A stretch of 64,000 nt of DNA, taken from contig JADFPO010000005.1 of assembly GCA_022562295.1 (NCBI GenBank), positions 9,753 through 73,752 of the forward strand, given 5' to 3'. The notes beneath the pieces were generated by a model. That model was not told the origin of the DNA, searched no databases, and was given only the letters and a program-made list of their open reading frames with translations. This DNA is from Gemmatimonadota bacterium (lineage in GTDB: Bacteria > Gemmatimonadota > Gemmatimonadetes > Gemmatimonadales > GWC2-71-9). Below are positions 1 through 9,215 of the stretch, in pieces. Every line of letters starts with the position of its first letter. The first letter of the stretch is position 1. The position numbers and the translations under genes are program-made.

Positions 1-1547
1 ACGTCCGACGCCATTTCACCGCAAACCGACACCTCGAGACCAGCGGCCCGGCCGGCGTCGACGATCTGCTGTAGCGACCGGACGACCGCTGGGTGGAAAG
101 GCGTGAACCGATCGGCGAGACGCGCGTTGCCCCGATCGACGGCGAGTGTGTATTGCGTGAGGTCGTTCGTCCCCACGCTGAGGAAGTCGCTTTCGCGCGC
201 AAACTCTTCGGCCAACAGCGCCGCGGCCGGCGTCTCGATCATGACCCCGACCGGTACGGTTTGCGCCGCCTCGACTCCTTCTTGCCGGAGCGCATCGCTG
301 CTCTCCGCGATGAGCTCGCGAGCCCTGTACAGTTCCTCCAGCGAGGTCACCAACGGCAACATCAGCTGCACGTTCCCTTCGATTTGGGCACGAAGGACGG
401 CGCGGGCTTGCGTGCGGAAGATGTCAGGCTCGTCCAGACACACGCGGATTGCGCGCCATCCAAGGAACGGATTGGCTTCCCGCGGGGGCCGGAAAGCGGC
501 GGGGAATTTGTCGCCGCCCAGATCATAGGTCCGTACCACGACCGGCTGGCCGGGAAACCGTTGCGCCACGCGCTGGAAATACGCCGCCTGCTCGTCTTCA
601 CCGGGCAGCTCAGCCCGACCCAGCACCAAGAACTCGGTTCTCAACAACCCAACGCCCTCGGCTCCGTGGGTCGCCGCGGCGTCCAACTCCTCCGGGAGGT
701 CCACGTTCCCCCGAAGGGAAACCCGAATCCCGTCTACCGTGATGGCCGGCTGGTCGACGACTTCCTCTAACTCGACCTCCAGTCGGCGTCGCCGGTCGGC
801 AACCACCTCGGCATCGGCGATCTCTTGCGGGGTGGGGTCGATGATGACCGTTCCACGGGTTCCGTCGAGGATCACAATACCGTCCTGCCGGACGCGATCG
901 AGGCCGCCAACCAGCCCCATCACGCAGGGAATGCCGAGTCCATGGGCGAGAATCGCGGCGTGGGACGTGCGCGTCCCCTCGACACTGGCAAAACCGGCGA
1001 CATGCTCGCGATCGAATTCGACGGTCAGGCCGGGCGTCAGCTCTCTTGTGAAGACGATCACCGGAGTGGCGCCCGGTCTCGTCAGCACGTCTTCGACGGA
1101 CCGGCCAAGCAGACGGTGCAGAACCCGGATTCCGATTCCGGCGAGGTCGGCGCGGCGCTGGCGCAGCGTCGGGCTGTCGGACTGCTCCCAAAGCGCGCGC
1201 ATTTCGAGGGTCTGGTACTCGAACGCACGTTCCGCGCTCAGCTGGTTATCCTCTATCAGCCCCTCGACCGCGCCGAGGAACTCTGGATCTTCGAGCATGA
1301 GGATCTGCGTATCGAAGATCTTGGCTTGAGATGGTCCTGCGACCTCGGCCGTGCGCCGCTTGAGTTCCTGCAAATGATCCTTGACGGCCGCAATCGCGTC
1401 GCGCAATCGCTTGAGTTCCCCTGGCACGCCTTCCGCCGTCACGGCACGATGTGGCACGTCGGGCAACCCCCACTGCACTATGTAGGCAGGGCCTATCACG
1501 GAGCCGGGTGACACTCCAATCCCGGTGAGCACACGGGGATCATTCAT
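1..1547 (-). CDS. ptsI: Phosphoenolpyruvate-protein phosphotransferase (PTS enzyme I); C-terminus outside window
   Basis: The minus-strand frame is open from the window edge to the ATG at 1545-1547. Hand translation gives MNDPRVLTGIGVSPGSVIGPAY at the N-terminus. At the window edge it gives LADRFTPFHPAVVRSLQQIVDAGRAAGLEVSVCGEMASD. Both are typical EI motifs. The start overlaps the ptsH stop by 8 nt. The ORF is absent from the track because it runs off the edge. Confidence 0.9.
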   Translation of the reverse strand, partial: MNDPRVLTGIGVSPGSVIGPAYIVQWGLPDVPHRAVTAEGVPGELKRLRDAIAAVKDHLQELKRRTAEVAGPSQAKIFDTQILMLEDPEFLGAVEGLIEDNQLSAERAFEYQTLEMRALWEQSDSPTLRQRRADLAGIGIRVLHRLLGRSVEDVLTRPGATPVIVFTRELTPGLTVEFDREHVAGFASVEGTRTSHAAILAHGLGIPCVMGLVGGLDRVRQDGIVILDGTRGTVIIDPTPQEIADAEVVADRRRRLEVELEEVVDQPAITVDGIRVSLRGNVDLPEELDAAATHGAEGVGLLRTEFLVLGRAELPGEDEQAAYFQRVAQRFPGQPVVVRTYDLGGDKFPAAFRPPREANPFLGWRAIRVCLDEPDIFRTQARAVLRAQIEGNVQLMLPLVTSLEELYRARELIAESSDALRQEGVEAAQTVPVGVMIETPAAALLAEEFARESDFLSVGTNDLTQYTLAVDRGNARLADRFTPFHPAVVRSLQQIVDAGRAAGLEVSVCGEMASD

Positions 1548-1815
1548 TCGTCGCAAACCCGGCGGCTACCAACCGCTCCAACGCGGCGACGGCTTCTTCG
1601 GCGTCCACACCTTCGGCGCGAACCTTGAGCCGAGATCCGCATTCCGCCGCCAGGGTCATGACTCCCATAATGCTCTTGCCGTTCACTGGTTCGCCATCCT
1701 TTGCGACCCAGACGTCCGACTCGAAACGGCTCGCGACCTTCACAAATTCTCCCGCCGGTCGGGCATGGAGACCGAGGTCGTTCACGACGGTCATGACGCG
1801 CTCGACGACTACCAT
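1540..1815 (-). CDS. ptsH: Phosphocarrier protein HPr
   Basis: These are the last 91 codons of ORF 1540..2553: MVVVERVMTVVNDLGLHARPAGEF...NGKSIMGVM. Both the catalytic His (LHARPA) and the regulatory Ser (GKSIMG) motifs are present. ATG at 1813-1815. Confidence 0.9.
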   Translation of the reverse strand: MVVVERVMTVVNDLGLHARPAGEFVKVASRFESDVWVAKDGEPVNGKSIMGVMTLAAECGSRLKVRAEGVDAEEAVAALERLVAAGFATNE

Positions 1816-2546
1816 ATCCACCCCAGCACGAGAACCGATCCCAGGGCTAGGATGCCAACCCTTGCGGCCCCGACCGACGGCATCAAGAACCAAGACGTCG
1901 CCGCGGTGGCGAGTGCGACGCCCGCGGTACCGACGCGAACCGAGGTATCGAAGTTCGCGGTGAGCATTTCCGCGGCAACCGGAAGGGCGACGCCGATGCT
2001 GAGAACCGCCAAGGGGCCCACGAATTTCACGGCACGCCGAAGCACCGATTGGCTGAGCATCGCGGCCACCGCGATGCCCGAGCGCCAGCCGGCCCTCAAG
2101 CCCCACCATCTCACAGCCACGTTGACCGCGTTGAATGCCAGGAGATAAGCCGCCACAGCCACTAGGGGATGCACCAGGGTGGCGCACACGAGCCCGATGG
2201 ATGCGCATACAGGCAACACGCCGGTCCATATCAACCGGTCTCCCAAGGAGCCAAGCGGGCCCTTGATCGCAGATCGTAGAGTTTCCACTTGACGAAGGGG
2301 GGCCCCCGAATGCTCGGCGCGGGCAACCGCGCCTATGGCGACACCGGCAAGGTACGGATTGGTATTGAAAAACCCGGCGCTCCTCGCGAGCGCCGCGCGG
2401 TAGCGTTGACCGTTCTGGCCACCATCCAAGTCGCGGATGAGCGGCTCGATGGCCACGGCGGCACCGATCCCTTGTAAGCGCTCGTGGTTCATCGACCCCT
2501 GGAGAACCAGGAGACGCACGGCAGCAGAAGCCAACCGAGGCTTCAT
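1809..2546 (-). CDS. PTS mannose/fructose/sorbose-family IID component
   Basis: ORF 1809..2594. The internal start MKPRLASAAVRLLVLQGSMNHERLQG at 2546 makes an ATGA overlap with the IIC stop. Multi-TM protein with an N-terminus typical of IID (ManZ-like). Confidence 0.8.
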   Translation of the reverse strand: MKPRLASAAVRLLVLQGSMNHERLQGIGAAVAIEPLIRDLDGGQNGQRYRAALARSAGFFNTNPYLAGVAIGAVARAEHSGAPLRQVETLRSAIKGPLGSLGDRLIWTGVLPVCASIGLVCATLVHPLVAVAAYLLAFNAVNVAVRWWGLRAGWRSGIAVAAMLSQSVLRRAVKFVGPLAVLSIGVALPVAAEMLTANFDTSVRVGTAGVALATAATSWFLMPSVGAARVGILALGSVLVLGWIW

Positions 2547-3217
2547 CGCACAACCACCCAAATCGTGCCCGCCACGATTCCCGTCGCGAGCCACGTCCAG
2601 CTGGCGCGGCTGCCCCTCGCCATGCGGACTCCCCCCAGGAGGGCCGTCCCTAGGCCCACACCAGTCGCGACCGCACTCAACGCCACGGCCGTGCGCACGG
2701 TGGTCGGGTGCGCGAAACGCGCGATGCCAGCGAGCCCCAACCCCAGAGCGGTCAAGACTGTCGCTCTGAGGGCGTCGCGCCCGATTCCCCGAAGATGAAG
2801 GCGGTAGATCGTGCTCCGGTCCCCGGCCTCGAGGTCGGTTCGGTGGCGCCGGACGTCAGCCGAGGTGCGACCTCGTACCAGTTGAATCCCTATCTCACCG
2901 GCATAGGCCACTACCAACCCCACCACCACACCGAGGCCCAGGCCGAACAAGCCGGGGGCCCCGACCGCCGCTGCCGCTGCCGCCACGGCACCCAGACCGT
3001 AATCGGGATAGCGAGCCGCTCCGAACGGGAGCACATCGAGCGCAAATAACTCGAGAACAACGCCGACCATGAGACCGGTTTGGGCGTCGCCCAGAATCGC
3101 GCCGGCGATGGTGCCCGCAACGAGGGGTCGGTTGATCATGACCTGCGCTATGCTGGCCAAATCGAGGCCCACCCATGTTCCCCACAGGAGCAAACCAATG
3201 ACGGTATTCGGTTCCAT
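2543..3217 (-). CDS. PTS mannose-family IIC component
   Basis: 224-aa Gly/Ala/Val-rich polytopic membrane protein (MEPNTVIGLLLWGTWVGLDLASIAQVMINRPLVAG...). It sits between IIB and IID in the canonical order. Confidence 0.8.
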   Translation of the reverse strand: MEPNTVIGLLLWGTWVGLDLASIAQVMINRPLVAGTIAGAILGDAQTGLMVGVVLELFALDVLPFGAARYPDYGLGAVAAAAAAVGAPGLFGLGLGVVVGLVVAYAGEIGIQLVRGRTSADVRRHRTDLEAGDRSTIYRLHLRGIGRDALRATVLTALGLGLAGIARFAHPTTVRTAVALSAVATGVGLGTALLGGVRMARGSRASWTWLATGIVAGTIWVVVR

Positions 3218-3690
3218 CAGAGGAGGTCCTCGAGGTTGACGCGGGCAGCTGTCGGCAGGTCCTGTGCCGAGATCTCCAAACCGCGTTCGGCGAGCGCCAG
3301 GAGCTGATCGACTTCCCTATCGTCCAAGAAGAGATATGGGAGATGGAGGCGGCGATCGCGTTCGTGATGCACACCACCGAGGTTCACCCGGCGAATCGTG
3401 GGCGCCGCCTCGCACAGGCGAGTCAGCGAATCGATGTCGCTGACCAACACGATGGTGCGGCACGAGCTGTTGGCCCACCGCTCGACAGATTCCGCTGCAT
3501 CGCTCACCGACGTGAACTCCACTTCTTGTGTCGCGAGCACCCCCATTCGGTATATCTCCTGTTCCCACTCGTTCTGTGCTACCTCGTCGTCCACGACGAC
3601 GAACAGGTCGGGATTGAGCACTTGTCCCCAACCCACCACGACCTGCCCGTGGATCAGGCGGTCGTCGACTCGCACCAGTTCCAGACTCAC
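3217..3690 (-). CDS. PTS mannose-family IIB component
   Basis: MSLELVRVDDRLIHGQVVVGW... carries the RVDDRLIHGQV phospho-His motif of IIB(Man). Its stop shares 1 nt with the IIC start (TGATG at 3215-3219). Confidence 0.85.
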   Translation of the reverse strand: MSLELVRVDDRLIHGQVVVGWGQVLNPDLFVVVDDEVAQNEWEQEIYRMGVLATQEVEFTSVSDAAESVERWANSSCRTIVLVSDIDSLTRLCEAAPTIRRVNLGGVHHERDRRLHLPYLFLDDREVDQLLALAERGLEISAQDLPTAARVNLEDLL

Positions 3691-4067
3691 GCTCCGACGA
3701 TCCGTATGGCCTCAGTACCCACCTTGGCGGCGCGCTGCGCGATATCGAGAAGATCGCCATCGCGATGCGCCACAAAATCCAACAGCATTGCGAGATTCAC
3801 GCCTGCCACGACCGCCACCGATGGATGTTCCCGCTGCAGCATCGCCGCGGCTTGAAGACAGCTTCCACCTGGCATATCCACGAACAAGAGACAACGACGG
3901 TCGCCAACTGCGTCGCGAACCAATTGCGCCAGGGCACTTCGGCTGCATCCCTCGTTGCTCACAGCGACGAGGGCGTCGGTGCTTCCCGCAATCCGAGTCA
4001 CGGCGTTCACCAACGCGGCGCTCAGCGTACCGTGCGAGACGACGACACCGGTGACCGGCTCACTCAT
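3687..4067 (-). CDS. PTS mannose-family IIA component
   Basis: ORF 3687..4151. The likely start is MSEPVTGVVVSHGTLSAALV (ATG 4065-4067), overlapping the hprK stop by 8 nt. The VVSHG...SNEG...DMPGGS pattern fits EIIA(Man). Confidence 0.8.
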   Translation of the reverse strand: MSEPVTGVVVSHGTLSAALVNAVTRIAGSTDALVAVSNEGCSRSALAQLVRDAVGDRRCLLFVDMPGGSCLQAAAMLQREHPSVAVVAGVNLAMLLDFVAHRDGDLLDIAQRAAKVGTEAIRIVGA

Positions 4068-5028
4068 AATCTTCCGACAAGTATTCCCGAGCGTCCCGTT
4101 GTTTCGTGAGCCGCTCCAACAGTCGCTCGTTGAGCGCGTGGGCAGAATCAACGCCGCTAAAGCGGAGCAGATGGTTCATCGCAACGACCTCGGAGATCAC
4201 CGTGATATTCTTTCCGGGGTTGAGTGGCACGACCACCTTTGGAAGGTCCACGCCCAAGATCGTCGTTGTTTGCTGATCGAGTCCGGTCCGGTCGGCCTCG
4301 TAGGCCTTTTCCCAGTCCACCAATTGGACCACCACCTCAATGCGTTTCTGCTGACGGACGGCTCGGACGCCGAAGAGGGCCGAGACGTCCACGATGCCCA
4401 CCCCACGAATCTCCATGTGTCGATGAGTGAGCTCGTGTCCCTGACCAATCAGCACGCCGGCTCCCCGCTGCGTCACTACAACGGTGTCGTCTGCAACGAG
4501 ACGATGTCCTCTCTCCACCAGATCCAACACACATTCGCTTTTTCCGATGCCAGACCGTCCTATGAAAAGCAATCCCACCCCGAACACGTCGGCGAGGGAC
4601 CCGTGGAGCGTCGTAGTCGGTGCGAACACCTCGGTGATGTACGGCGTCAGCCGCTGATAGAACTCCGAGGTCTTGAGCTTCGATATAATGACGGGTATGC
4701 CGCGCTCTCGCGCGAGCGCGATCAGGTCCTTCGGCAGTCGCTGCCCTTTGGTAACGAAGACGCACGGCAAGTCAAAACTCACCAACGTGCCCCAGGATTT
4801 CAGGCGATCGCTCTTCGAGAGGGAACGAAGGTACGCGACCTCGGTTTCTCCGAGTACGTGGAGTCGCTTGCTGAGGAATCGCTTCGTGAAACCAGCAAGT
4901 ACGAGTCCCGGGCTGGAGACCTGGGGGACGGGAATCGGTCGGTCGAGTCCGACGTCACCAGTGACAACTTCGAGCTGCAGGGCGTCACCCTTACGCTCAA
5001 CCAGATCTTTGACCGTGAGTGTGGTCAT
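4060..5028 (-). CDS. hprK: HPr kinase/phosphorylase
   Basis: 322 aa. It has the Walker A GRSGIGKSE and ...HRLVADD...EIRGVGIVD..., the signature region of HprK/P. Confidence 0.9.
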   Translation of the reverse strand: MTTLTVKDLVERKGDALQLEVVTGDVGLDRPIPVPQVSSPGLVLAGFTKRFLSKRLHVLGETEVAYLRSLSKSDRLKSWGTLVSFDLPCVFVTKGQRLPKDLIALARERGIPVIISKLKTSEFYQRLTPYITEVFAPTTTLHGSLADVFGVGLLFIGRSGIGKSECVLDLVERGHRLVADDTVVVTQRGAGVLIGQGHELTHRHMEIRGVGIVDVSALFGVRAVRQQKRIEVVVQLVDWEKAYEADRTGLDQQTTTILGVDLPKVVVPLNPGKNITVISEVVAMNHLLRFSGVDSAHALNERLLERLTKQRDAREYLSEDYE

Positions 5029-5333
5029 CGCTCTTCGACGCCCGAACGCTTATCGACGCGGCTCGGCAACTTGTCAAGTTGGTTTCGCAGTTTCCCCGCC
5101 GCGCGATCCATCGCCGTCAAGAAGCTGGAGGCTTCGGCGCTACTCACGTAGGTGTGCCCCCGCGAGAGATACAGCTGAAATTCGACGATCTTGCGTTGAT
5201 GATCGTCGTCGAAAACGACCTCGGCCCGATGGGGTCTGGTCGCCAATTTGGCAGCTTTCTGGACCAGCTCTATCGCGCGCTGGCGCAACTTGTCGTCAAT
5301 CTCGCAGTGCCGCGCGGTCACGAGCACCTTCAT
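5025..5333 (-). CDS. hpf: Ribosome hibernation-promoting factor (HPF/RaiA family)
   Basis: ORF 5025..5411. The internal start MKVLVTARHCEIDDKLRQRAIELVQKAAKL (ATG 5331-5333) makes an ATGA overlap with the upstream glycosyltransferase stop. Size and sequence are typical of short HPF. Confidence 0.8.
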   Translation of the reverse strand: MKVLVTARHCEIDDKLRQRAIELVQKAAKLATRPHRAEVVFDDDHQRKIVEFQLYLSRGHTYVSSAEASSFLTAMDRAAGKLRNQLDKLPSRVDKRSGVEER

Positions 5334-6463
5334 GAACCACTCCTCTCTCGCGCACTCTCGTCGATAGTCTCCATCACATGCTCTCTCGTTTGTTCGGCGG
5401 TTCGATCCCACGAGAGGCGAACGGCAAACTCCCGCCCGGCTCTCCCGAGTCGCTCGCGCAGTGGCGCTTCACGAGCGATTCGGCCCATCGCGGCGGCCAT
5501 CGCATGATGGTCCCCATGAGCAACCAGAAGCCCAGTCTTGTCGTGAAGGACGGATTCTCTCAACCCCGGGCTGTCCGAGGCGATCGCGGGCGTGCCACAT
5601 GCCAACGCCTCTACATTTGAGATGCCCCAGCCCTCTTTGGCAGAGGGAAATACGTGAGCCCAAGCTCGACGCAAGAGGTTCCGTTTTTCTTTCTCGCTTA
5701 CGAATCCCAGAAACCGAACGGCTGAGCCCAATTGCAGTTCATCTACCAATCGGAGCAGCCGGGGGCGATCATCCCCTTCCCCTGCAATATGCAACACCGC
5801 GCTGGGGATTTCGACCCGAAGGGCGTGCACCGCCCGTATCGCGACATCCACCCGTTTATATCGCTTCAAGCGGCCCACATACGCGAACAGAGGGGTGTCC
5901 TCCCGAGGCGTCGCCCCGTCCGGAGCGAACCACTCCGAGTCGACCCCCGGAAGGAACACCTTTATGCGTTCGGCCCTTACGCCCCTGTTCACCAATTCTT
6001 CACGTGTGCTCTCGCTGATCGCATGGAACATCGATCGACGATACACCCAAGGGATGGGTCGCTCGGCGAGCCAGACGAGCAGTGCGACCGGAAACGTAGC
6101 CTGCTGAAACGCCGTGCCGCCGAACAGGTGCGGTACGATCGTGTACGCCGGAAGTCGCGTGAGGTTCGGCACGTACAGCGGGAGCTTGTTGAGGTCTTCG
6201 ACTACCACGTCGTACGCCCGCTCCGCCAGCATCCGCCGGACCACTCCCCGTCCCAACGCAGCGAAGGTGTGGCGTCCGCCAAATCGCCGCACGTCGATTC
6301 CGCCCACCGTCGCCCTGGGCGCCGCCCCCTCCCACCCCGAACAGACTAACGTCACTTCGTCGCCGCTCTGCACGAATCGCTTGAAGATCTCGAAAAAATG
6401 ACTCTCGGCTCCGCCGGCCTGTGGATTCTCGAGATCCAGCCAGTTGACCGCCAGTATCCTCAC
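5330..6463 (-). CDS. Glycosyltransferase family 4 (GT-B, retaining)
   Basis: 377 aa. The N-terminus reads ...NPQAGGAESHF... The C-terminal EGWGISNVEALACGTPAIASDSPGLRESV is an E-x7-E type motif. Confidence 0.8.
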   Translation of the reverse strand: MRILAVNWLDLENPQAGGAESHFFEIFKRFVQSGDEVTLVCSGWEGAAPRATVGGIDVRRFGGRHTFAALGRGVVRRMLAERAYDVVVEDLNKLPLYVPNLTRLPAYTIVPHLFGGTAFQQATFPVALLVWLAERPIPWVYRRSMFHAISESTREELVNRGVRAERIKVFLPGVDSEWFAPDGATPREDTPLFAYVGRLKRYKRVDVAIRAVHALRVEIPSAVLHIAGEGDDRPRLLRLVDELQLGSAVRFLGFVSEKEKRNLLRRAWAHVFPSAKEGWGISNVEALACGTPAIASDSPGLRESVLHDKTGLLVAHGDHHAMAAAMGRIAREAPLRERLGRAGREFAVRLSWDRTAEQTREHVMETIDESARERSGS

Positions 6464-6873
6464 AATCGCCCGTGGCGCCTGGCAAGAGCGTCCAGCACGC
6501 CGTTTACGAAACCCGGCGCCTTCTCCCCCGCAAACCAGTGGGCCAACTGCACACTCTCGTCGATCACCACCTTGGGAGGCACATCCGTTTCCAGAAGCTC
6601 ATGGAGACCCAGACGTAGGATGTTGCGCTCGACTGTGCCGATCCGCGGCAGCGGCCAGCCCTGGGCGACAAACTCGATTTCTCCGTCCAGTCGGTCTAGC
6701 TGTTGCAGCACGCCCCGCGCCAGCATTTCGACCTTTTCGGGATCGCCCACCCGGCCGCGACCGAGCCGGACGAGGCGCTGCACCACAAGGTCGACCGAAG
6801 CCCAGCCTCGAAGCTCCCACGCATACAAGAGCTGCAAGGCTCTTGCCCGGATCTTTGTCTCAGGCCTCAGCAC
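6460..6873 (-). CDS. nusB: Transcription antitermination factor NusB
   Basis: The C-terminal ~138 codons of ORF 6460..7140 read ...RARALQLLYAWELRG...GWPLPRIGTVERNILRLGLHELL...PPKVVIDESVQLA...FVNGVLD. I propose the GTG start at 6871-6873, just after the ribH stop. The exact start is uncertain. Confidence 0.8.
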   Translation of the reverse strand: MLRPETKIRARALQLLYAWELRGWASVDLVVQRLVRLGRGRVGDPEKVEMLARGVLQQLDRLDGEIEFVAQGWPLPRIGTVERNILRLGLHELLETDVPPKVVIDESVQLAHWFAGEKAPGFVNGVLDALARRHGRL

Positions 6874-7339
6874 GTCGGTCGAAGCGATCGAGCGCGTCCG
6901 CCGTTTCCACCGCGGCGGTCGCCGCGTCACTGCCCTTGTTGCCAGCTTCTCCCCCAGCGCGCGCGAGAGCCTGGGCCATGGTATCGCAGGTGAGAACGCC
7001 GAAACCGACGGGGATCCCAGTTGCCCTCGCCGTCTCCGCCAAACCCTGCGCCGTCCCTGTGCAGATGTAATCGAAGTGCGGGGTTTCACCGCGAATGACC
7101 GTGCCGAGCGCGACGGCGGCGCGGTACCGTTCGGTGGCAAGCGCCCGGGTCACTGCAACAGGCAACTCGAACGCTCCGGGCACCCACACTACGTCTACTA
7201 GGTCCTCGGGAAATCCCGCACCGGCCAAAGTGTCCAACGCCCCACGAAGCAACCGGCGCGTGACACTCTCGTTGAACCGGCTGACAACGACCACGATCCG
7301 CCCTGTGTCGGAGCGGTCGCCGGAAGGACGGCCCGTCAT
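6860..7339 (-). CDS. ribH: 6,7-dimethyl-8-ribityllumazine synthase
   Basis: 159 aa with ...IVVVVSRFNESVTRRLLRGALDTL...VWVPGAFELP...AVVALGTVIRGETPHFDYI. Confidence 0.9.
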   Translation of the reverse strand: MTGRPSGDRSDTGRIVVVVSRFNESVTRRLLRGALDTLAGAGFPEDLVDVVWVPGAFELPVAVTRALATERYRAAVALGTVIRGETPHFDYICTGTAQGLAETARATGIPVGFGVLTCDTMAQALARAGGEAGNKGSDAATAAVETADALDRFDRRAEA

Positions 7340-7340
7340 T

Positions 7341-8546
7341 TCAGTGCGTGAGGAGGTGCCCGAGCTTATCCCGCTTGACGTCGAGATATCCCCGGTTTTC
7401 TCGAGTGAGCGTCGGTTCGATGGCGACCCGTTCGACGATGTCGAGTCCGTAACCTTCGAGTCCGATGAGCTTTTGGGGATTGTTGGTCAACACGCGTAGC
7501 GAGCTGAGACCCAGGTCCAACAAGATCTGCGCCCCGATCCCATAGTTGCGCAGATCGGGCGGGAAACCCAACCGTTCGTTCGCCTCGACCGTGTCGTGTC
7601 CAACGTCCTGCAACTCGTACGCCCTGAGCTTGTTCAGCAGACCGATCCCCCGACCTTCCTGGTCGAGGTATACGATTACCCCCGCACCCTCCTCCGCGAT
7701 CATGTGCATGGCACTCTGGAGCTGCCAACCGCAGTCGCAGCGAGTCGAGCCGAACACGTCACCGGTTAGGCACTTGGAGTGCATCCGTACGAGCACCCCA
7801 TCTTTATGGGACACATCCCCGTATACCAGCGCTATGTGCTCCGCGTCATCGATGTCGTTCGCATACCCAATCACCGTGAATTCACCATGGGGAGTTGGTA
7901 ACCGCGTACGCGCAACGCGGTGCACCAAGCGCTCGTGCTTGAGGCGGTAGGCGACGAGCTGAGCGACCGTGACAAACGTGAGATTGTGTTGTTTGGCAAA
8001 CTTCTCCAGGTCGGGACGGCGCATCATGGTCCCGTCGTCGGCCAGGATCTCACAGATCACGCCGGCCGGATACACGCCCGCCAGCCGGGCGAGATCCACG
8101 CTGGCCTCCGTCTGTCCGACACGCTGGAGCACTCCACCCGGTCGCGCCCGGAGTGGAAACACGTGTCCGGGACGTCGCAAATCCGCCGGCTCAGTGGCCG
8201 GGTCTATCGCCACCTGAATCGTCTTCCATCTGTCCCACGCCGAGATGCCTGTGGTGACACCAAACCGCTTCCCGGCGTCGATACTGACCGTGAACGCGGT
8301 CTCGTTCGACTCCGTATTCGATTCTGCCATCTGCGGGAGGCCAAGGGCACTACACCGTTCCGGCATCAATGTCAGACAGATGAGCCCCCGACCGTACCGG
8401 GTCATGAAGTTGATGGCGTCCGCGTCGATACACTGAGCGGCACCAACCAGGTCACCCTCATTTTCACGGTCCTCGTTATCGGCGACGATGATGAGTCGCC
8501 CCTCGCGAATGTCGTCGATCGCTTGTTCGATAGATTCAAGTGACAT
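7341..8546 (-). CDS. ribBA: Bifunctional 3,4-dihydroxy-2-butanone-4-phosphate synthase / GTP cyclohydrolase II
   Basis: 401 aa. The N-terminal part has the DHBP synthase motifs (DRENEGDL, GLICLT). The C-terminal part has the GTP cyclohydrolase II motifs (HSKCLTGDVFGSTRCDCG, DQEGRGIGL). Confidence 0.9.
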   Translation of the reverse strand: MSLESIEQAIDDIREGRLIIVADNEDRENEGDLVGAAQCIDADAINFMTRYGRGLICLTLMPERCSALGLPQMAESNTESNETAFTVSIDAGKRFGVTTGISAWDRWKTIQVAIDPATEPADLRRPGHVFPLRARPGGVLQRVGQTEASVDLARLAGVYPAGVICEILADDGTMMRRPDLEKFAKQHNLTFVTVAQLVAYRLKHERLVHRVARTRLPTPHGEFTVIGYANDIDDAEHIALVYGDVSHKDGVLVRMHSKCLTGDVFGSTRCDCGWQLQSAMHMIAEEGAGVIVYLDQEGRGIGLLNKLRAYELQDVGHDTVEANERLGFPPDLRNYGIGAQILLDLGLSSLRVLTNNPQKLIGLEGYGLDIVERVAIEPTLTRENRGYLDVKRDKLGHLLTH

Positions 8547-8603
8547 ATGTGCCTCAAATGAGCTGCGAGCTACGAGCTCCCAGCCGCCAGCATGTTACCC
8601 GGT

Positions 8604-9215
8604 TCACGACGGTCTAGGTGCGGAGTCACTGCCGACCTCAAGCAGGCGCTGCACCATCTTGCCGATCATGTCGCTCTCCACGTGTACCCGGTCACCGATC
8701 TTCAGCGACCCCAGCGTCGTCTGCTCCGCCGTGTACGGGATGATCGACACCTGCACCACGTCGGACTCCGGCAGCGCGTTCACCGTCAGACTCACACCGT
8801 CGAATGTGATCGACCCTTGGGGCACCGTCACCGCCCAAATGTCGGCGGGAACTCGAAAATCGAGTAGCAACGCATCGGCGGTGCGCGCCACCCGAACCAG
8901 TTCTCCTACCCCATCCACGTGTCCCTGTACGAAATGCCCGCCCATTCGATCGCCCACGGCCAGAGCGCGCTCGAGGTTCACCACCGATCCGACCCCGAGA
9001 TCGGACAGGGTGGTTCGTTGCCGTGTCGTCACGACGACCTCGACCGAAAACGTTCCGGGGCCCGTATCCACGACGGTGAGACAGGCTCCGTTGACCGCAA
9101 TGCTCTCTCCGGGCACCACGTCCGCATACGGTGCCTCGATCGTCAGCTTGAGCCCGTCGCCGTCGGCTTCCGCCGCCGCCACCGACCCGAAACCGGTGAT
9201 TATACCTGTAAACAT
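8604..9215 (-). CDS. ribE: Riboflavin synthase
   Basis: MFTGIITGFGSV...GESIAVNGACLTVV...GGHFVQGHVDGVG..., with the duplicated barrel motifs. Confidence 0.9.
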   Translation of the reverse strand: MFTGIITGFGSVAAAEADGDGLKLTIEAPYADVVPGESIAVNGACLTVVDTGPGTFSVEVVVTTRQRTTLSDLGVGSVVNLERALAVGDRMGGHFVQGHVDGVGELVRVARTADALLLDFRVPADIWAVTVPQGSITFDGVSLTVNALPESDVVQVSIIPYTAEQTTLGSLKIGDRVHVESDMIGKMVQRLLEVGSDSAPRPS

